The notes beneath the pieces were generated by a model that saw nothing but the letters and a program-made list of their open reading frames with translations, was not told the origin of the DNA and searched no databases. Below are positions 44,748 through 56,578 of a stretch of 64,000 nucleotides of DNA, in pieces (positions within the stretch are counted from its first letter, which is position 1; the number at the start of each line of letters is the position of its first letter). The DNA lies in assembly GCA_045159875.1 (NCBI GenBank), contig CP067995.1, positions 864,001-928,000 of the forward strand, in the 5' to 3' direction. The position numbers and the translations under genes were made by a program. The DNA is from a cyanobacterium endosymbiont of Rhopalodia gibba (GTDB lineage: Bacteria > Cyanobacteriota > Cyanobacteriia > Cyanobacteriales > Microcystaceae).

Positions 44748-46370
44748 ATGAATCATCTGACATTTGTTTGGAATAAATCACAGGACCAAGGACCACCAGA
44801 AAATCACTGGCGAGAATTCTCGGTTTGGACTGGATTATTCTTAGCAGCTTTCCCCCTGTTTAGTTTCAATTTAGCGTCCCCTTTTCTCGATGGGCAAGAA
44901 AGTTTAATAGCTCAGATGGCCAAGGAAATGGTAAGTAATAACTTTTTATCGGGTAGATGGCTTTTTCCGACTCTTTGGGGTGAATTTTATCATCAGCACC
45001 CTCCCTTAGGTATTTTTTTTATTGCTCTTACTTACCTTTGGGGAGGGATCGGAGAAGAAACAACCCGCTTGTCAGGTGGAATACTAGCTGCTCTTTCCAT
45101 TCCCTTGCTCTATGGTCTAGGACGTGAGGCGTTTGGTAGACGAATGCCAGCTTTGTTTTCCGCTTTAATTTTTTTAACCCTATTTCCTGTAGTACGCCAA
45201 GGGCGGTCAGCTTGGTTGGATGGAGCAGTTATTTGTTTTGAAATTCTAACAATGTGGTGCGTTTTGCGATCACGCCGAGATCTTCGTTGGTCTATTGGGG
45301 TAGGTTTAAGTCTTTCATGTTTATTCCTCACCCAAGGAGTCATGAGCTTATGTGTGAGTGTTGCTATTTTGCTTTTTCTGGGATGGGATACCCCACGACT
45401 ATTAAACAGTGACTATTTTTGGCTAGGAATTATCCTAGGTTTAATACCAGCGATCACTTGGTATTGTTGTCAATGGATCTTGTTTGGTTCAGCCTCGATT
45501 GAGGGAATCTTTCTAGTTCCTTTTCAAGAACACCAAGGACTGTTTCGAGAATTATGGAGTTTTTATGGGCTACAATTTGTAACTTTTTCCTTGCCTTGGT
45601 TGATTTTTGCCTATTCTGGCTTGGAGTTAGCCAGAAAATCTTTGATATGGGGATGGGCAAAATTAATTTTAGTTTGGGGCGGCAGTTATTTAATAATTTT
45701 TACTTTGTTACCCTTGCCTGGGATAAGCTATCTGACATCTCTTTATCCTCCTTTGGCTTTAGCCGGTGGACTTGTATTGGCAGAAGTTTTTGATGGTCCA
45801 AGAAAACTCCTTTATCCCAAATTTTGGAGAATAGCTTTATTTATTTTATCCGGGTTAGTTAGTTTAAGTTTTTTCGGGTTTTGGCTTAATTTTCCTGTCA
45901 ACTTTGGTAATTTATCATACCGTTTGTTTTTAATATTAGCTTTGGCTGTTGCAGCTTCCACTTTTGCTACAGCAGCAATTCTCATCACTTGTCGCAATCG
46001 TCAGTTTATCATCATATTGTTTTGGGGAATGTATGTGTCGTTAATGTTGTTGGTAAATTCTCCCTACTGGAATGGGGAAATTCAGTCTCAGAAATTCATT
46101 CAACCCTTAGCGCAGATGTTAAGGAATAAAGTTCCTCCCCACAAGGTAGTATATGCCGATTTAACACAAGAGAATCAAGCGTTAAATTTTTATAGCGATC
46201 ATCATGTTATCCCAACAACTCCTGAAACTCTTTTGCGATACTGGCATACTCTACCTGAGCCCTATTTTCTCATTACCTTAGAAACTTGGCAAAAACTTCC
46301 CCTGGAATATGTTCACCCATTGGATGAAGTCTTTTCTAATTGGTATTTAATTACCAGAATTCAAAATTAA
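44748..46370 (+). CDS. ArnT/PMT-like membrane glycosyltransferase (GT39/GT83)
   Basis: AQMAKEM, LFPTLWG.FY.HPPLG, RLSGGILAALSIPLLY, GRSAWLDG, many TM segments. ATG at 44748 preferred over TTG at 44652. Confidence 0.85.
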   Translation: MNHLTFVWNKSQDQGPPENHWREFSVWTGLFLAAFPLFSFNLASPFLDGQESLIAQMAKEMVSNNFLSGRWLFPTLWGEFYHQHPPLGIFFIALTYLWGGIGEETTRLSGGILAALSIPLLYGLGREAFGRRMPALFSALIFLTLFPVVRQGRSAWLDGAVICFEILTMWCVLRSRRDLRWSIGVGLSLSCLFLTQGVMSLCVSVAILLFLGWDTPRLLNSDYFWLGIILGLIPAITWYCCQWILFGSASIEGIFLVPFQEHQGLFRELWSFYGLQFVTFSLPWLIFAYSGLELARKSLIWGWAKLILVWGGSYLIIFTLLPLPGISYLTSLYPPLALAGGLVLAEVFDGPRKLLYPKFWRIALFILSGLVSLSFFGFWLNFPVNFGNLSYRLFLILALAVAASTFATAAILITCRNRQFIIILFWGMYVSLMLLVNSPYWNGEIQSQKFIQPLAQMLRNKVPPHKVVYADLTQENQALNFYSDHHVIPTTPETLLRYWHTLPEPYFLITLETWQKLPLEYVHPLDEVFSNWYLITRIQN

Positions 46371-46480
46371 GTCTTTGGATACAATTCAAGTTAACTATAA
46401 GCCCAAAAAAATTCAAAAAAATGTAAATTTTCATTAATTTTAGTATAAAGTCGTTTATTTTATATCCGACGACTAATGAA

Positions 46481-46509
46481 TCCTATAAGTCCTTTATTGA
46501 CTTATAGGA
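46481..46509. repeat. Inverted repeat, 11-bp arms, 7-nt loop
   Basis: tcctataagtc-ctttatt-gacttatagga, about 110 nt after the glycosyltransferase stop. Possible terminator. Confidence 0.8.
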
Positions 46510-47028
46510 CTTTCCAAAATTAAGTATAATTGAGTTTATTAGGAAAAATATTAGTTTAATGAGATTTTCTTTACAAACTTATTAGATTTAGTTAAGCCAT
46601 AAGTTTGTATTTTAATCAATTTAATTTTTTATTGATATCTTCCACCACTCGTTGGGAAGTTTAAGTGTTAAAATAGACCTTGATTTTGTAAGTACATCCA
46701 TTTACTAGTTTAAAACTTTTCATAAAATTTTAACAAGTAGTTTCTGTCCATTATAGAAATTGATTGAAAACTTCATCACTCGTCACTCATTGTTCTTGTT
46801 TCAACAACATCTCTCATCTTCTCGATGTCATTTGAATTTTAATAAGAAACAAAACACTACTTCTCGCATAAAGCTGCGACTTTTTTTATCTCCATAAATT
46901 TCCGTCAAACTAAGTTTAAGTAGGCTAGGTTGCGCATAAGATTTATTTTGAACAGAAACTAATAAGTCTTCATTAGTGCCGTAATCTGCAGAATTAGCCA
47001 TCACATTAAATCATATTGAAAATTACTA

Positions 47029-47074
47029 AAATTTTCATAATTGCTACCAATGAAGGTGGCAATTATGAAAATTT
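47029..47074 (-). terminator. Long hairpin 3' of glnA
   Basis: aaattttcataattgc(t)acc-aatgaa-ggt(g)gcaattatgaaaattt: 16 + 3 bp stem, 17 nt after the glnA stop. Confidence 0.75.
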
Positions 47075-47091
47075 AACTATTTGATAAAAGC

Positions 47092-48513
47092 TTAGACATC
47101 ATAGTACAAAGCAAACTCGTAAGGATGAGGACGTAACCGTAAAGGGTTAACTTCATTATCAAGCTTGTATTCAATCCAACTCTCGATAAAATCTTTAGTG
47201 AAAACTCTCGTATTCGTTAAGAATGTCTGGTCCTTTTCGAGAGCTTCTAGCGCTGCTTCAAGAGAGCCTGGAGTTGAGGGAATCTTACTTAACTCTTCAA
47301 GGGTGAGATCATAGATATCCACGTCTAAAGACTCCCCTGGATCAATTTCATTCTTAATCCCATCAATTCCTGCACATAGCATCGCTGCAAACGCCAGATA
47401 GGGGTTGCATGTGGCATCAGGACATCGGAATTCCAACCGTTTAGCTTTAGGGTTGGGTCCAGATAAAGGAATACGAATAGAAGCAGAACGGTTTCCTTGA
47501 GAATAAGCTAAATTAACAGGAGCTTCAAACCCAGGAACTAGACGTTTATAAGAGTTAGTGGTGGGATTAGTAAACGCTAACAAAGCAGGAGCGTGTTTAA
47601 GGATACCACCAATGTAATTTAAAGCCATTTTGCTCAAATTCGCGTAACCATCCCCCCAGAACAGTGGCTGTCCATTTTTCCATATAGACTGGTGAGTGTG
47701 CATCCCAGAACCATTGTCATTAAACAAAGGTTTGGGCATAAACGTCACGGTTTTACCATATTTCCTGGCTACATTTTTAATGACATACTTGTAGGTCATT
47801 AAGTAATCTGCCGCTTCAACAAGGGTAGCAAAACGAAACCCTAATTCGTTTTGTCCTCCTGTAGCTACTTCGTGGTGGTGTTTCTCAATTGGAACTCCAC
47901 ACTTAGCCATAGTTAGCAGCATTTCTGTCCGCATATCCTGTAGAGTATCTGTCGGAGGTACAGGAAAGTAACCCTGTTTGTAGCCAGGTTTATAAGCGAG
48001 GTTTCCACCGTCCTCTTTTCGTCCCGTATTCCAGCGTCCTTCCACGCTGTCTATGTAGTAATATCCCTTACTCTCAGTTTGGTCAAAACGAACATCATCG
48101 AAGACAAAAAATTCAGCTTCAGGTCCAAAAAAAGCAGTATCGCCAATTCCTGTAGTTTTGAGGAATTCAACCGCTTTAGCAGCAATGGTACGAGGATCGC
48201 GGTTGTACCATTCTCCTGTACGAGGTTCCTTAATACTACAAATTATACTGATGGTGGGTTCCTCATAAAAGGGGTCGATCCAAGCCGTCGTCGGATCGGG
48301 AACCATTACCATATCAGACTCGTTGATGGCTTTCCACCCCCGAATACTCGAACCGTCGAAGGGAACCCCATCGACAAAAGAACTTTCGTCAATTTGATCG
48401 TAGTAGAATGAGCAATGTTGCCAAATACCTGGGGTATCAATGAATTTCAGGTCAACAATTTTTATGCTGTTGTCTTGAATTATTTTCAAGACTTCTTGAG
48501 GGGTTTTAGCCAT
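47092..48513 (-). CDS. glnA: Glutamine synthetase type I
   Basis: [71 protein letters not shown] at 48521-48525. Confidence 0.98.
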   Translation of the reverse strand: MAKTPQEVLKIIQDNSIKIVDLKFIDTPGIWQHCSFYYDQIDESSFVDGVPFDGSSIRGWKAINESDMVMVPDPTTAWIDPFYEEPTISIICSIKEPRTGEWYNRDPRTIAAKAVEFLKTTGIGDTAFFGPEAEFFVFDDVRFDQTESKGYYYIDSVEGRWNTGRKEDGGNLAYKPGYKQGYFPVPPTDTLQDMRTEMLLTMAKCGVPIEKHHHEVATGGQNELGFRFATLVEAADYLMTYKYVIKNVARKYGKTVTFMPKPLFNDNGSGMHTHQSIWKNGQPLFWGDGYANLSKMALNYIGGILKHAPALLAFTNPTTNSYKRLVPGFEAPVNLAYSQGNRSASIRIPLSGPNPKAKRLEFRCPDATCNPYLAFAAMLCAGIDGIKNEIDPGESLDVDIYDLTLEELSKIPSTPGSLEAALEALEKDQTFLTNTRVFTKDFIESWIEYKLDNEVNPLRLRPHPYEFALYYDV

Positions 48514-48549
48514 GGACGGACTCCTATTTTATTCAGCCTCAAACCACCA

Positions 48550-48591
48550 ACCCTAAAGATAGGTCACAAGATATTTTGTATTCCATGATAC
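48550..48591 (-). promoter_or_regulatory. NtcA-activated promoter of glnA
   Basis: Minus strand reads GTA-TCATGGAA-TAC (48591-48578), exactly 22 nt, then TAGGGT (48555-48550). This fits the consensus GTA-N8-TAC-N22-TAN3T. Confidence 0.88.
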
Positions 48592-49257
48592 AGGCATTCT
48601 TGTTTAAATCTGTAGATAATGCAAAGTTTTGAAGCTACTCTGCAACCTGAGTAGTCGGACATAAATGGACAACACTATGTTAACGCGAATTTGACAAGTT
48701 TTGAAAATATTTTTATTTTTCTCTTATTTCGCAGAACATACTCATATTATTTCGCAATAACCCCATTAACCCGATTTTGTTCCATCCGTAAATTATTATA
48801 TGAACTATGGAGGAAGCCACTTTTAAATAGATGGCAATTTTTTCCACCTTCTACCTCGTTGCTAATAATCTAATTGCATTAGCTTTACATTGTGTTTTTT
48901 CAGAAATTTTATCAACTTTAATTAACTCACATACAGTTTTTTTAAACTTCGCCTTGAGAAACACTCTTAAAATAAAAAAAACATTAGTTAATCAGAGTTT
49001 TTGCAGCTAACTTTATTACCATAACTTTGGTGCCTATATCATGGCAAGTGTTTTTAAATTTGCAACATATTCCAATATATTAATTTATGTTCCACTTTAT
49101 TTAAAAAAAAAGACTAAATTTTTTTCAAAAAGTGTTTCAAGTATTTAACATTTTTATTATTGTTTTAACAAAACTTAAGCGGTTAATTTCAATAAAGGTT
49201 TAGCTTTGTGAGATGACACACAAGAAAAAACACTAAACTTCATAGTAGTACATAAAA

Positions 49258-49770
49258 AAAATTGACGCAGTTATTAATCTAATTAGAAATGATGATCTAA
49301 CCGTAGGTTATATAATATAGATTGGAACCCGATGAATAGGCTTAAGGACTATTGATCTGATATAGTTTGCATCAGTATGACTGCGGTTGTTAATGCCAAT
49401 CCTCCTGAAGTTTTAAGACAAGCGAGACTTCGATTATTTGAATAAGTATCTGAATTAGTTTTTTCTGAAATAAATACTTATAAAAATCTTTCTTGTTCAG
49501 CTTTTCTAGAGTATATAGATTATTATCTACTCTATACTAGTTATGCTTTGGTATTTAGTAATTTCAATGTTCTTGATAAACGGGTATTGCGAGAATTGTA
49601 CAATACTTATGACTTTTTGAGAGCTTTCGTTAGCTCAACAATTAAGGAAATCTAAATTATGAAAGACATAGCAAAAAGTATAGTGGCTGATATTGGGGTT
49701 AAAGATATTTCATTCTATTGATAAATTCTCCGATCACAGAATTCTTAATCTTAGTAAAATTTCTGTTTAA
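49258..49770 (+). pseudogene. apcF: Allophycocyanin beta-18 subunit pseudogene
   Basis: DAVINLIRNDDLT...VVNANPPEVLRQA..RLFE*VSELV..NTY....SAFLEYIDYYLLYTSYALV..NVLDKRVLREL..TY..L...STIKEI*IMKD...DH...LSKISV*. Collinear with ApcF; start lost, several stops and frameshifts; divergent from glnA. Confidence 0.9.
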
Positions 49771-49921
49771 GCTCGTTAAAAATTAATGAGATTCTTAGAG
49801 ACGATCACTATTTCTAACTCAACAGTAATTACTTTTCTAAATCAAAAAATACTGTTAGGATGTAGACTTAGTGTAACTAAAATTATTTGAGAAGCACCCA
49901 GTTTGAACATTAGGACCATCT

Positions 49922-50236
49922 ATGGAAGTTAAACGAAAACTAATGGTAGCTACCCCCTCGGCTACGCCCAAAGGGTCAACCTCAGTTATACGGAATGTTT
50001 ACCCTAACTATAAAGTTATAGTACTTAATGATGATTTCAATACTTTTGAGCATGTTGCTAACTGCTTAATGAAGTACATACCGAACATAACTGGTGATCG
50101 TGCTTGGGAACTGACATACCAAGTTCATTATGAGGGACAGGCAATTGTCTGGGTCGGTCCTCAAGAGCCTGCCGAACTTTATCACCAGCAGTTACGGCGA
50201 GAAGGATTAACTATAGCTCCTTTAGAAGAAGCTTAA
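49922..50236 (+). CDS. clpS: ATP-dependent Clp protease adaptor ClpS
   Basis: YPNYKVIVLNDDFNTFEHV, QVHYEGQAIVWVGPQE.AELYH. Alternative start at 49943. Confidence 0.95.
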   Translation: MEVKRKLMVATPSATPKGSTSVIRNVYPNYKVIVLNDDFNTFEHVANCLMKYIPNITGDRAWELTYQVHYEGQAIVWVGPQEPAELYHQQLRREGLTIAPLEEA

Positions 50237-50240
50237 GATT

Positions 50241-50570
50241 ATGTCCAAATCTAAAGGGCGGCTTGTTTGGAATCATTCAACTCACCTTCAAGGACTGATT
50301 CCTATCCTTGAAAAGCTGATTAATTGCACTGGGATTATTACAGTTACTCCAGGAGTAATCAGCCGTTCTAAGAGTCACTATCCTTATTTAAAGTTACGGA
50401 TCTCTGTTCCCGTTCGTGGCGGTCATAAGGTGATCGCGAGACAAGGAAAAACGGTTCAAGAAGTCTTTATCGTTACAAAGTTAAGTCGTCAAGAATTGGA
50501 AACTGCTATCAACACAGTTCTTGAAATAGCGTCTAACAGAAAAAGTAACACTCCTCACATAAGTCAGTGA
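50241..50570 (+). CDS. DUF2103-family protein
   Basis: GRLVWNHSTHLQGLIPILEKL, TVTPGVI, GGHKVIARQGKTVQEVFIVT. Confidence 0.8.
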   Translation: MSKSKGRLVWNHSTHLQGLIPILEKLINCTGIITVTPGVISRSKSHYPYLKLRISVPVRGGHKVIARQGKTVQEVFIVTKLSRQELETAINTVLEIASNRKSNTPHISQ

Positions 50571-51672
50571 CGTTAACTAGTGTTTCATAATATGGATAGT
50601 CATAAATTCTTCCAACCTACTGAACTCTGACGAGTTCGACATCAAAAATTGAGTTTTAACTCACTATGAGATAATTGGCACCAAACCTAATTTTTTAATC
50701 ATAAGTATCAGTAACAATTCCTGAGATAACTTGATTTTTTGTTTGACAAATTAGTAATTGTCAATTTACTGCAATTACTAGTTTTTTTAAAGAGGGTCCA
50801 TAAGCTCGACTTTAGGAAATGTAACAGTTATATTTTCCGCTTAACTTATGTTAATAAGTGTCTTTTCGAACTCGATTATAATGTCACTTCAACCTAAAGA
50901 AAATTTCATAGGATCACAGTTAACTAAAGAATTGAAGTTAGAACAATTTTGTATTTATTTAACCTTTTTGTAAAGATGAGGTTATTTATGTTAAGAAAAT
51001 ATTATTCATTCAATGAAATCACTTTTTCTAAAAATTGAACTTATCCTGATTACAGTTAATTATTCTTAAAGGGCATATAATTATTTTATTTATTCAGATT
51101 TCTTTTTAAAAAAATAATTAAACATTCAAAATGTCATTTGTATTGCTTGAATTAGTATTCTTATAATTCCCTCTTAAAGGAGATTTTGTTTTATTACCTT
51201 AGCTAAATAGCATTTAGCTTCAAATATATTTATGATAATCTAATGAGCTTTTACTTGACATCGTTCCCTTCTATTATATTTATCTATGTACGATAATTTA
51301 ATCTAAACAATAGATAAAGTATTTTTTTATATTGTTTTAATTTTGGGTTTTATTTAATTAATAAAACATTACTATTTTTTTATGGTTGTGATTCAATCGC
51401 TTTTGTTACTACTATCATTAATTCACATTCATCTTAAACGTCTTATTAACTAATCAATAATTAACCTAAATTTAATATTTTAATTATTTAAAAAAGAAGA
51501 TGATTAGAGAGTAAAACTGTTAAGCTTACTTTGAATTTTTACCAAAATTTTATTTTTTATATTTTAATTGAATTGGTAATCATCTAAATAAAAATTTTAA
51601 TTACCAAATAAAACTATTCTAGTTAAAACTAAAATACTAGTTACTCTTCTTCATCTTTGCCTATAGAAATAT

Positions 51673-51720
51673 ATATTAATTTATTAAAATTAAAAATTTT
51701 TAATTTTAATAAATTAATAT
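51673..51720. repeat. Perfect 48-bp palindrome, 100% A/T
   Basis: atattaatttattaaaattaaaaa|tttttaattttaataaattaatat. Confidence 0.96.
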
Positions 51721-52832
51721 CTGTTATTTAATTGAACGCAATTTTTGATATATGAAATATTATGTATAGATATACAGGACATACATAAATATTATTTTTA
51801 TATAACTTAATGATATTCACTCATTAAACTCAATATAAGCAGGAGACCTATCTAGAAAATTAGATTACAGATAAGAATTATAGAGAAAAATCAGTAACTG
51901 ACTTTTAGTTTAGAGATCAAGCTATTCCTAGTTAAGAGAATAAAAATTCAGTTAGTCCTAAATTTTTTAAATAAAGAAGTTCAATTGAAACAATTTTAAG
52001 AAAGTACAGAATTCAGGAAATAAGTAGATAAACAATAGAATTAAGTCGAATGTATTTATAGGATTATTGAGCTGTACAAGCGGAATTAATATATGATATA
52101 GTGTATTCAATTTAGAAAGCGATTAACTTAAATGAGTTATGATTCCATTTTCGCATAGCAGATAAATTAGGGAAAACTTTTTTGCATATCAGGGTAAAAT
52201 GTAAATGTTTCCATCCTCGATAAGCCTGTTGAATAATTGAGGGTCATATTTTAGTATTTGCAATAGCAGGTGTTTGAATGTGTTCGAGCTCTAGTAAAAA
52301 AAAAGTGCATGGTTACGCCTCCGGTATACTTGCTAACCTTTGTAGGTTCAATTTTTCCCAATGTTCTTTATCATAATTAATGAGGAGATAAAGCAAGATA
52401 GTTAAAAGGTAGTTAATGAATAAAGTGAACAGTATTTACTCTCATTATTTATAAGATACAATAAAAAAATTTTGAGAAGTGGCGATTAAAACTCAGTATA
52501 TACAAGTAAATTTTTTAGTTCCTAGCAAAGTTGTAGGATGTGTAAAGTATTTATATAAAAACAGTGTTTATCAAAAACGTAGAGGTATAAAATAATCTTG
52601 ACAAGATAGTTGTTGTTGATATCTAGACGAGGAATTGTGCAATTAATACAACTTCAAGATATCTTGTGATTTTAGTAAAAGATATACAAATACTCGACTT
52701 TTTAACCTTGACATTAACTACAATATTGTTGCCTCATTTAAAATTTATTTTATAGATGAGTAAGAACTAATCATTCAGTTTACAGAAGGTAAGTTAGTAA
52801 CAATTGAATAATTGTAAGTCTATATCAATCTA

Positions 52833-55550
52833 TTAGTCACTCATCATTTGTTTAACCAATTTTTCTGCTTCTTCCTTAGTTTGAATCTTTTTATCTAAAT
52901 AAGCATTCAATAACCTATCTAAAATAATTTTGTATTTAGGCCCTGGTTTATAACCCATTGCTTTTAAATCATTGCCATTTAATAGAGGCTGAATATTCGA
53001 CCACTTTGTAATATATTGCCAAATTGTACGACGAATTTGTTTAGATGAACGAACCGCTACTAAGATTAAAATAGACAATTGATATGAATTAAATAGTTTA
53101 GTTATTTCACTTATTGTGTTATATTTTAGGAGCTTTTCTTTGATTTCTAACTCAGTTTTTGACAATGTTTTTAAGCGTTGAATACTATCTTTTGGCAATT
53201 GAAAATTAAGAGCAATTTTACTGGATTCTACTGTCTCTAGTCGACTAATTAATACTTCTAAACGGAATAACCAATGTTCTAAATTGTTTTTAGGATCGAG
53301 ATATCTTAACCAGCGAGAAATATAGCGAATTTGCCACCATAATATATCATCTAAAGTCAACTTAGAATGTAAACAGAGTAAAGCATCTAGATCAGCTAAT
53401 AATTTTAGGGCTTGTTTCCAATAATGAGCTTCTAAAATAGATTTTAATTCCATTTTTAATCTAGTTTTTAACGCAGGAACTGCATGATTTTTAATCATTA
53501 ACTGTTCATAAATACCGCTTTTAATAGCATTGTTAATATAAGCTTTTGTTTGGGGTTCAATTGTAAATCCTAACCGCACAGTAAAACGTACTGCCCGATA
53601 AATTCTGGTCGGATCTTCAATAAAACTATTAGCATGAAGTACTCTAATCTGACGCAATTGCAGGTCTAACATTCCTCCAAAAAAGTCTAATAATTTCCCT
53701 TCCCTTGGGGACGTTAACCTAATCGCTAAAGCATTGATTGTAAAATCTCTGCGATATAAATCCTGATGAATAGAACTCGCTTCAACTTTGGGGTTAGCTG
53801 CAGGATAAGGATAAAATTCTGTTCTTGAAGTGGCAATATCTACCCATAAGGACCCTAATTGAGGATCTTTATCCCATGACAAAGCAGCCGTTTGGAATTC
53901 TCCATATACTGATAGTTTAGCATTTAGGAAAGTTTTCTGTAGGGTCGAAGCCAATTCAACCCCAGCTCCCACATCAGCGGAATGACGAAATCCATCGACG
54001 ACTAGATCAATATCCTGTAGTAATAAAAATTTATCTTCTTCTAATAAAAAGAAATCTCGGACTGCCCCACCAACTATATACAAATGCCAACCCCGTCTTT
54101 CGGCTTCTTTTGCAGCGAATTGCAAAAATTTCCAGATAGGAGAAGATAAACGCTGACTAATAGAAGGCAACAAACAAGAACCTAAGGAAATTGGGTCATT
54201 ATTTTTATCTTGTTTTTCTCTTCGAGCTTGATAAATTTGCCGTAATAAATCTGTTCGCGTAACAATTCCTAATAGTTTATTTTTTTCGATAACAGGTAAT
54301 CTTCCCAGGTCATTAGTTACCATCATTGATTCAATTTCAGGTAGTATGGTGTCAGGAGTAATAGTTTTGAGATGCTGTGCCATATGTCCTTTTACCGGGG
54401 CGTGACTAAGTCCGTGATGGAAGGCTAAGTCAATATCTCGACGAGAAATAATTCCCACTAAGCAATCATTTTCGTCTACGACTGATAATCCTGAATGACC
54501 ATAGCGAAATAAAATTACTTGCGCTTGTTCTATAGTTATTTCTGGGCGAATTGTCCTAACAGGAGAAGACATTAAATCTCTAGCGGTTAGAGGGTAAGGG
54601 ATTTGGGCAATAAATCCTTGCAATAACTTATCTAAAGTGCTTTGAGGTTCTACTTCTTGTAGCATTAAAGAAACAGCTTGTTTATGTCCTCCTCCCCCAT
54701 AAACTTTAAATAATTGATTAAGATTGGTTCCCTCAATCCTGGTGCGACCAATAATCGTTAGACGTCCCTTTTTATAAGGTTGATTGTTACGACGTTTATT
54801 ATAGAAATGACCTAATAATAGGGCATCACTTCCAGTTAATTCAATTAATCGTTCAACTAAATTAGATAACCCAGGAATAAAAGTTTCTGTTGTCAATAAA
54901 ACTGAAGTGATAGTGTAACCACTAATATCAATTTTTTGAAGATTTTCTAAGGCTTTTTGTAATAATTGTTGTAGTTTTGGAGAAAAATTAGGCTTACAAT
55001 ATTCAGCAATGGTTTTTATATTTGCTCCTTTTTCCATTAACCAAGCTAGGGCATGAGCATCACGGGGAGTGGACTGAGAGAAAGTAAGAGAACCTGTATC
55101 GACATGAATACCCAAAGCCATCACCGTTGCTTCGATAGGGTTGGGATGAACATTTTCTCGTTGTATTTTTTCCACTATTAGGGTTGTAGTCGCCCCGACA
55201 GGTTCGATTTGGGTGAATGTAGCGGGAATGTCTGAATCTGAATCAGTGTCAAGATGATGATCATATATTTCAATAGTTTTGATGTGAGGTAAATTAAACC
55301 AGGAGGACACTGTTCCTAGGCGACTACATTTCTGATTATCCACTACTATTAGAGTACGAATTTGTTTAGGATTAATGCTATGGAGTTCAATTAGGGCGAA
55401 TTCGTCTCGGTAAAGAGCTAAAAAATCTCTAACTGCTGGATGTGCGCCCCCGGTAAGGACAATTCGACTATCCATTTTAAGGCAAGAAAGCCCTACTGCT
55501 GCCCCTAGTGCGTCAAAATCGACGGTTTGATGGCATAAAATTAAATCCAT
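52833..55550 (-). CDS. A-adding tRNA nucleotidyltransferase (DHH-CBS-CBS-PolyA_pol)
   Basis: DHH domain ([20 protein letters not shown]), tandem CBS domains, VGGAVRD, DIDLVV, long loop [34 protein letters not shown]. Confidence 0.9.
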   Translation of the reverse strand: MDLILCHQTVDFDALGAAVGLSCLKMDSRIVLTGGAHPAVRDFLALYRDEFALIELHSINPKQIRTLIVVDNQKCSRLGTVSSWFNLPHIKTIEIYDHHLDTDSDSDIPATFTQIEPVGATTTLIVEKIQRENVHPNPIEATVMALGIHVDTGSLTFSQSTPRDAHALAWLMEKGANIKTIAEYCKPNFSPKLQQLLQKALENLQKIDISGYTITSVLLTTETFIPGLSNLVERLIELTGSDALLLGHFYNKRRNNQPYKKGRLTIIGRTRIEGTNLNQLFKVYGGGGHKQAVSLMLQEVEPQSTLDKLLQGFIAQIPYPLTARDLMSSPVRTIRPEITIEQAQVILFRYGHSGLSVVDENDCLVGIISRRDIDLAFHHGLSHAPVKGHMAQHLKTITPDTILPEIESMMVTNDLGRLPVIEKNKLLGIVTRTDLLRQIYQARREKQDKNNDPISLGSCLLPSISQRLSSPIWKFLQFAAKEAERRGWHLYIVGGAVRDFFLLEEDKFLLLQDIDLVVDGFRHSADVGAGVELASTLQKTFLNAKLSVYGEFQTAALSWDKDPQLGSLWVDIATSRTEFYPYPAANPKVEASSIHQDLYRRDFTINALAIRLTSPREGKLLDFFGGMLDLQLRQIRVLHANSFIEDPTRIYRAVRFTVRLGFTIEPQTKAYINNAIKSGIYEQLMIKNHAVPALKTRLKMELKSILEAHYWKQALKLLADLDALLCLHSKLTLDDILWWQIRYISRWLRYLDPKNNLEHWLFRLEVLISRLETVESSKIALNFQLPKDSIQRLKTLSKTELEIKEKLLKYNTISEITKLFNSYQLSILILVAVRSSKQIRRTIWQYITKWSNIQPLLNGNDLKAMGYKPGPKYKIILDRLLNAYLDKKIQTKEEAEKLVKQMMSD

Positions 55551-55949
55551 AGTTGGCTTAAATGTATTTATATTGGTGAATATAAATCAAAAGATAATCT
55601 ATTTTTAACCTCAATTGTTAGAATATAATCTATAAAGCATAACCTGTAAGGTCAATATTTGTTGATATTTTTTTACCATTAAACGATTGAAGTAAGCGAT
55701 TATTTTAATTATCGATTTACCGATGTAAAATAATCAGCTTGACGCTAATTAAGCTGTTAAATATATAAAAAATAGCTTTTTTATACTAAATAAAATGTAT
55801 ACAAAATTAGTAACTAATGACTTATGATACTTTCATCATAGCTGTATTTTTCTACTCTCAAAACTTGGCTATTACAGAAATAATTGCAATAAGTATACAA
55901 TTCAGCTAACTCCAGCTCTGAGTGATATTTTTTCCTGACCAGTTCTTCC

Positions 55950-56008
55950 TTTTTTGTATTTTTTAGAGGATGTTCTTGACAAGAACATCCTCTAAAAAAT
56001 ACAAAAAA
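55950..56008. repeat. Palindrome, 29-bp perfect arms, 1-nt centre (longest in window)
   Basis: ttttttgtattttttagaggatgttcttg-a-caagaacatcctctaaaaaatacaaaaaa. Confidence 0.97.
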
Positions 56009-56578
56009 TATAAGATTTATTTACGAGTTCTCTTGTCAAGAAGTGGCGATAGAAGTATATTTATTATATATCTTATTTAATTCTTCTTACTTAGTTTGCA
56101 TTTTGTTCTGATAACTAATTATATAAAAACTTATTGAAAAAATATTCAATATAATTTAAATCTATAAAGTTGGGGCATTGAAACGTTACAATTATTATTA
56201 ATCTACTATACATATCTGTACAAGATCTTAATACCCTAATCCCAATGAGAACCATAGTTAATAACGCTGAATTAACAAGATTACCGACTAAATAAATATT
56301 TTTTAATATATAAACTATAAGTCATTGCTTCAAATCCATAAACAACAACAGAATCCACAATTGATAATGCAGGTGTCATATATAATATATTTTGCGATTC
56401 CATTTGGTTACGCTGAAGTATTAGCTTCCAAACTATTATGCCAAATTTGACTTGTCAACAAAAAACTCCCTGAAAAAATCTTAGAACAGCTCGTGTAAAA
56501 ATCCTTAAAGTGGAAAGCAGGACTTAACCAATTAACGATATAGTGAACATCAGAACAATTTTTCGTTAGGCTACCTCG

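Noticed and set aside
48691..48873. 60-aa ORF between glnA and the apcF remnant
   Set aside because: TTG start, no motif, and no resemblance to the GS-inactivating factors IF7/IF17.
55551..56560. Expected psbZ remnant upstream of the CBS nucleotidyltransferase
   Set aside because: I looked because of recalled synteny in other cyanobacteria, but found no convincing PsbZ-like translation.
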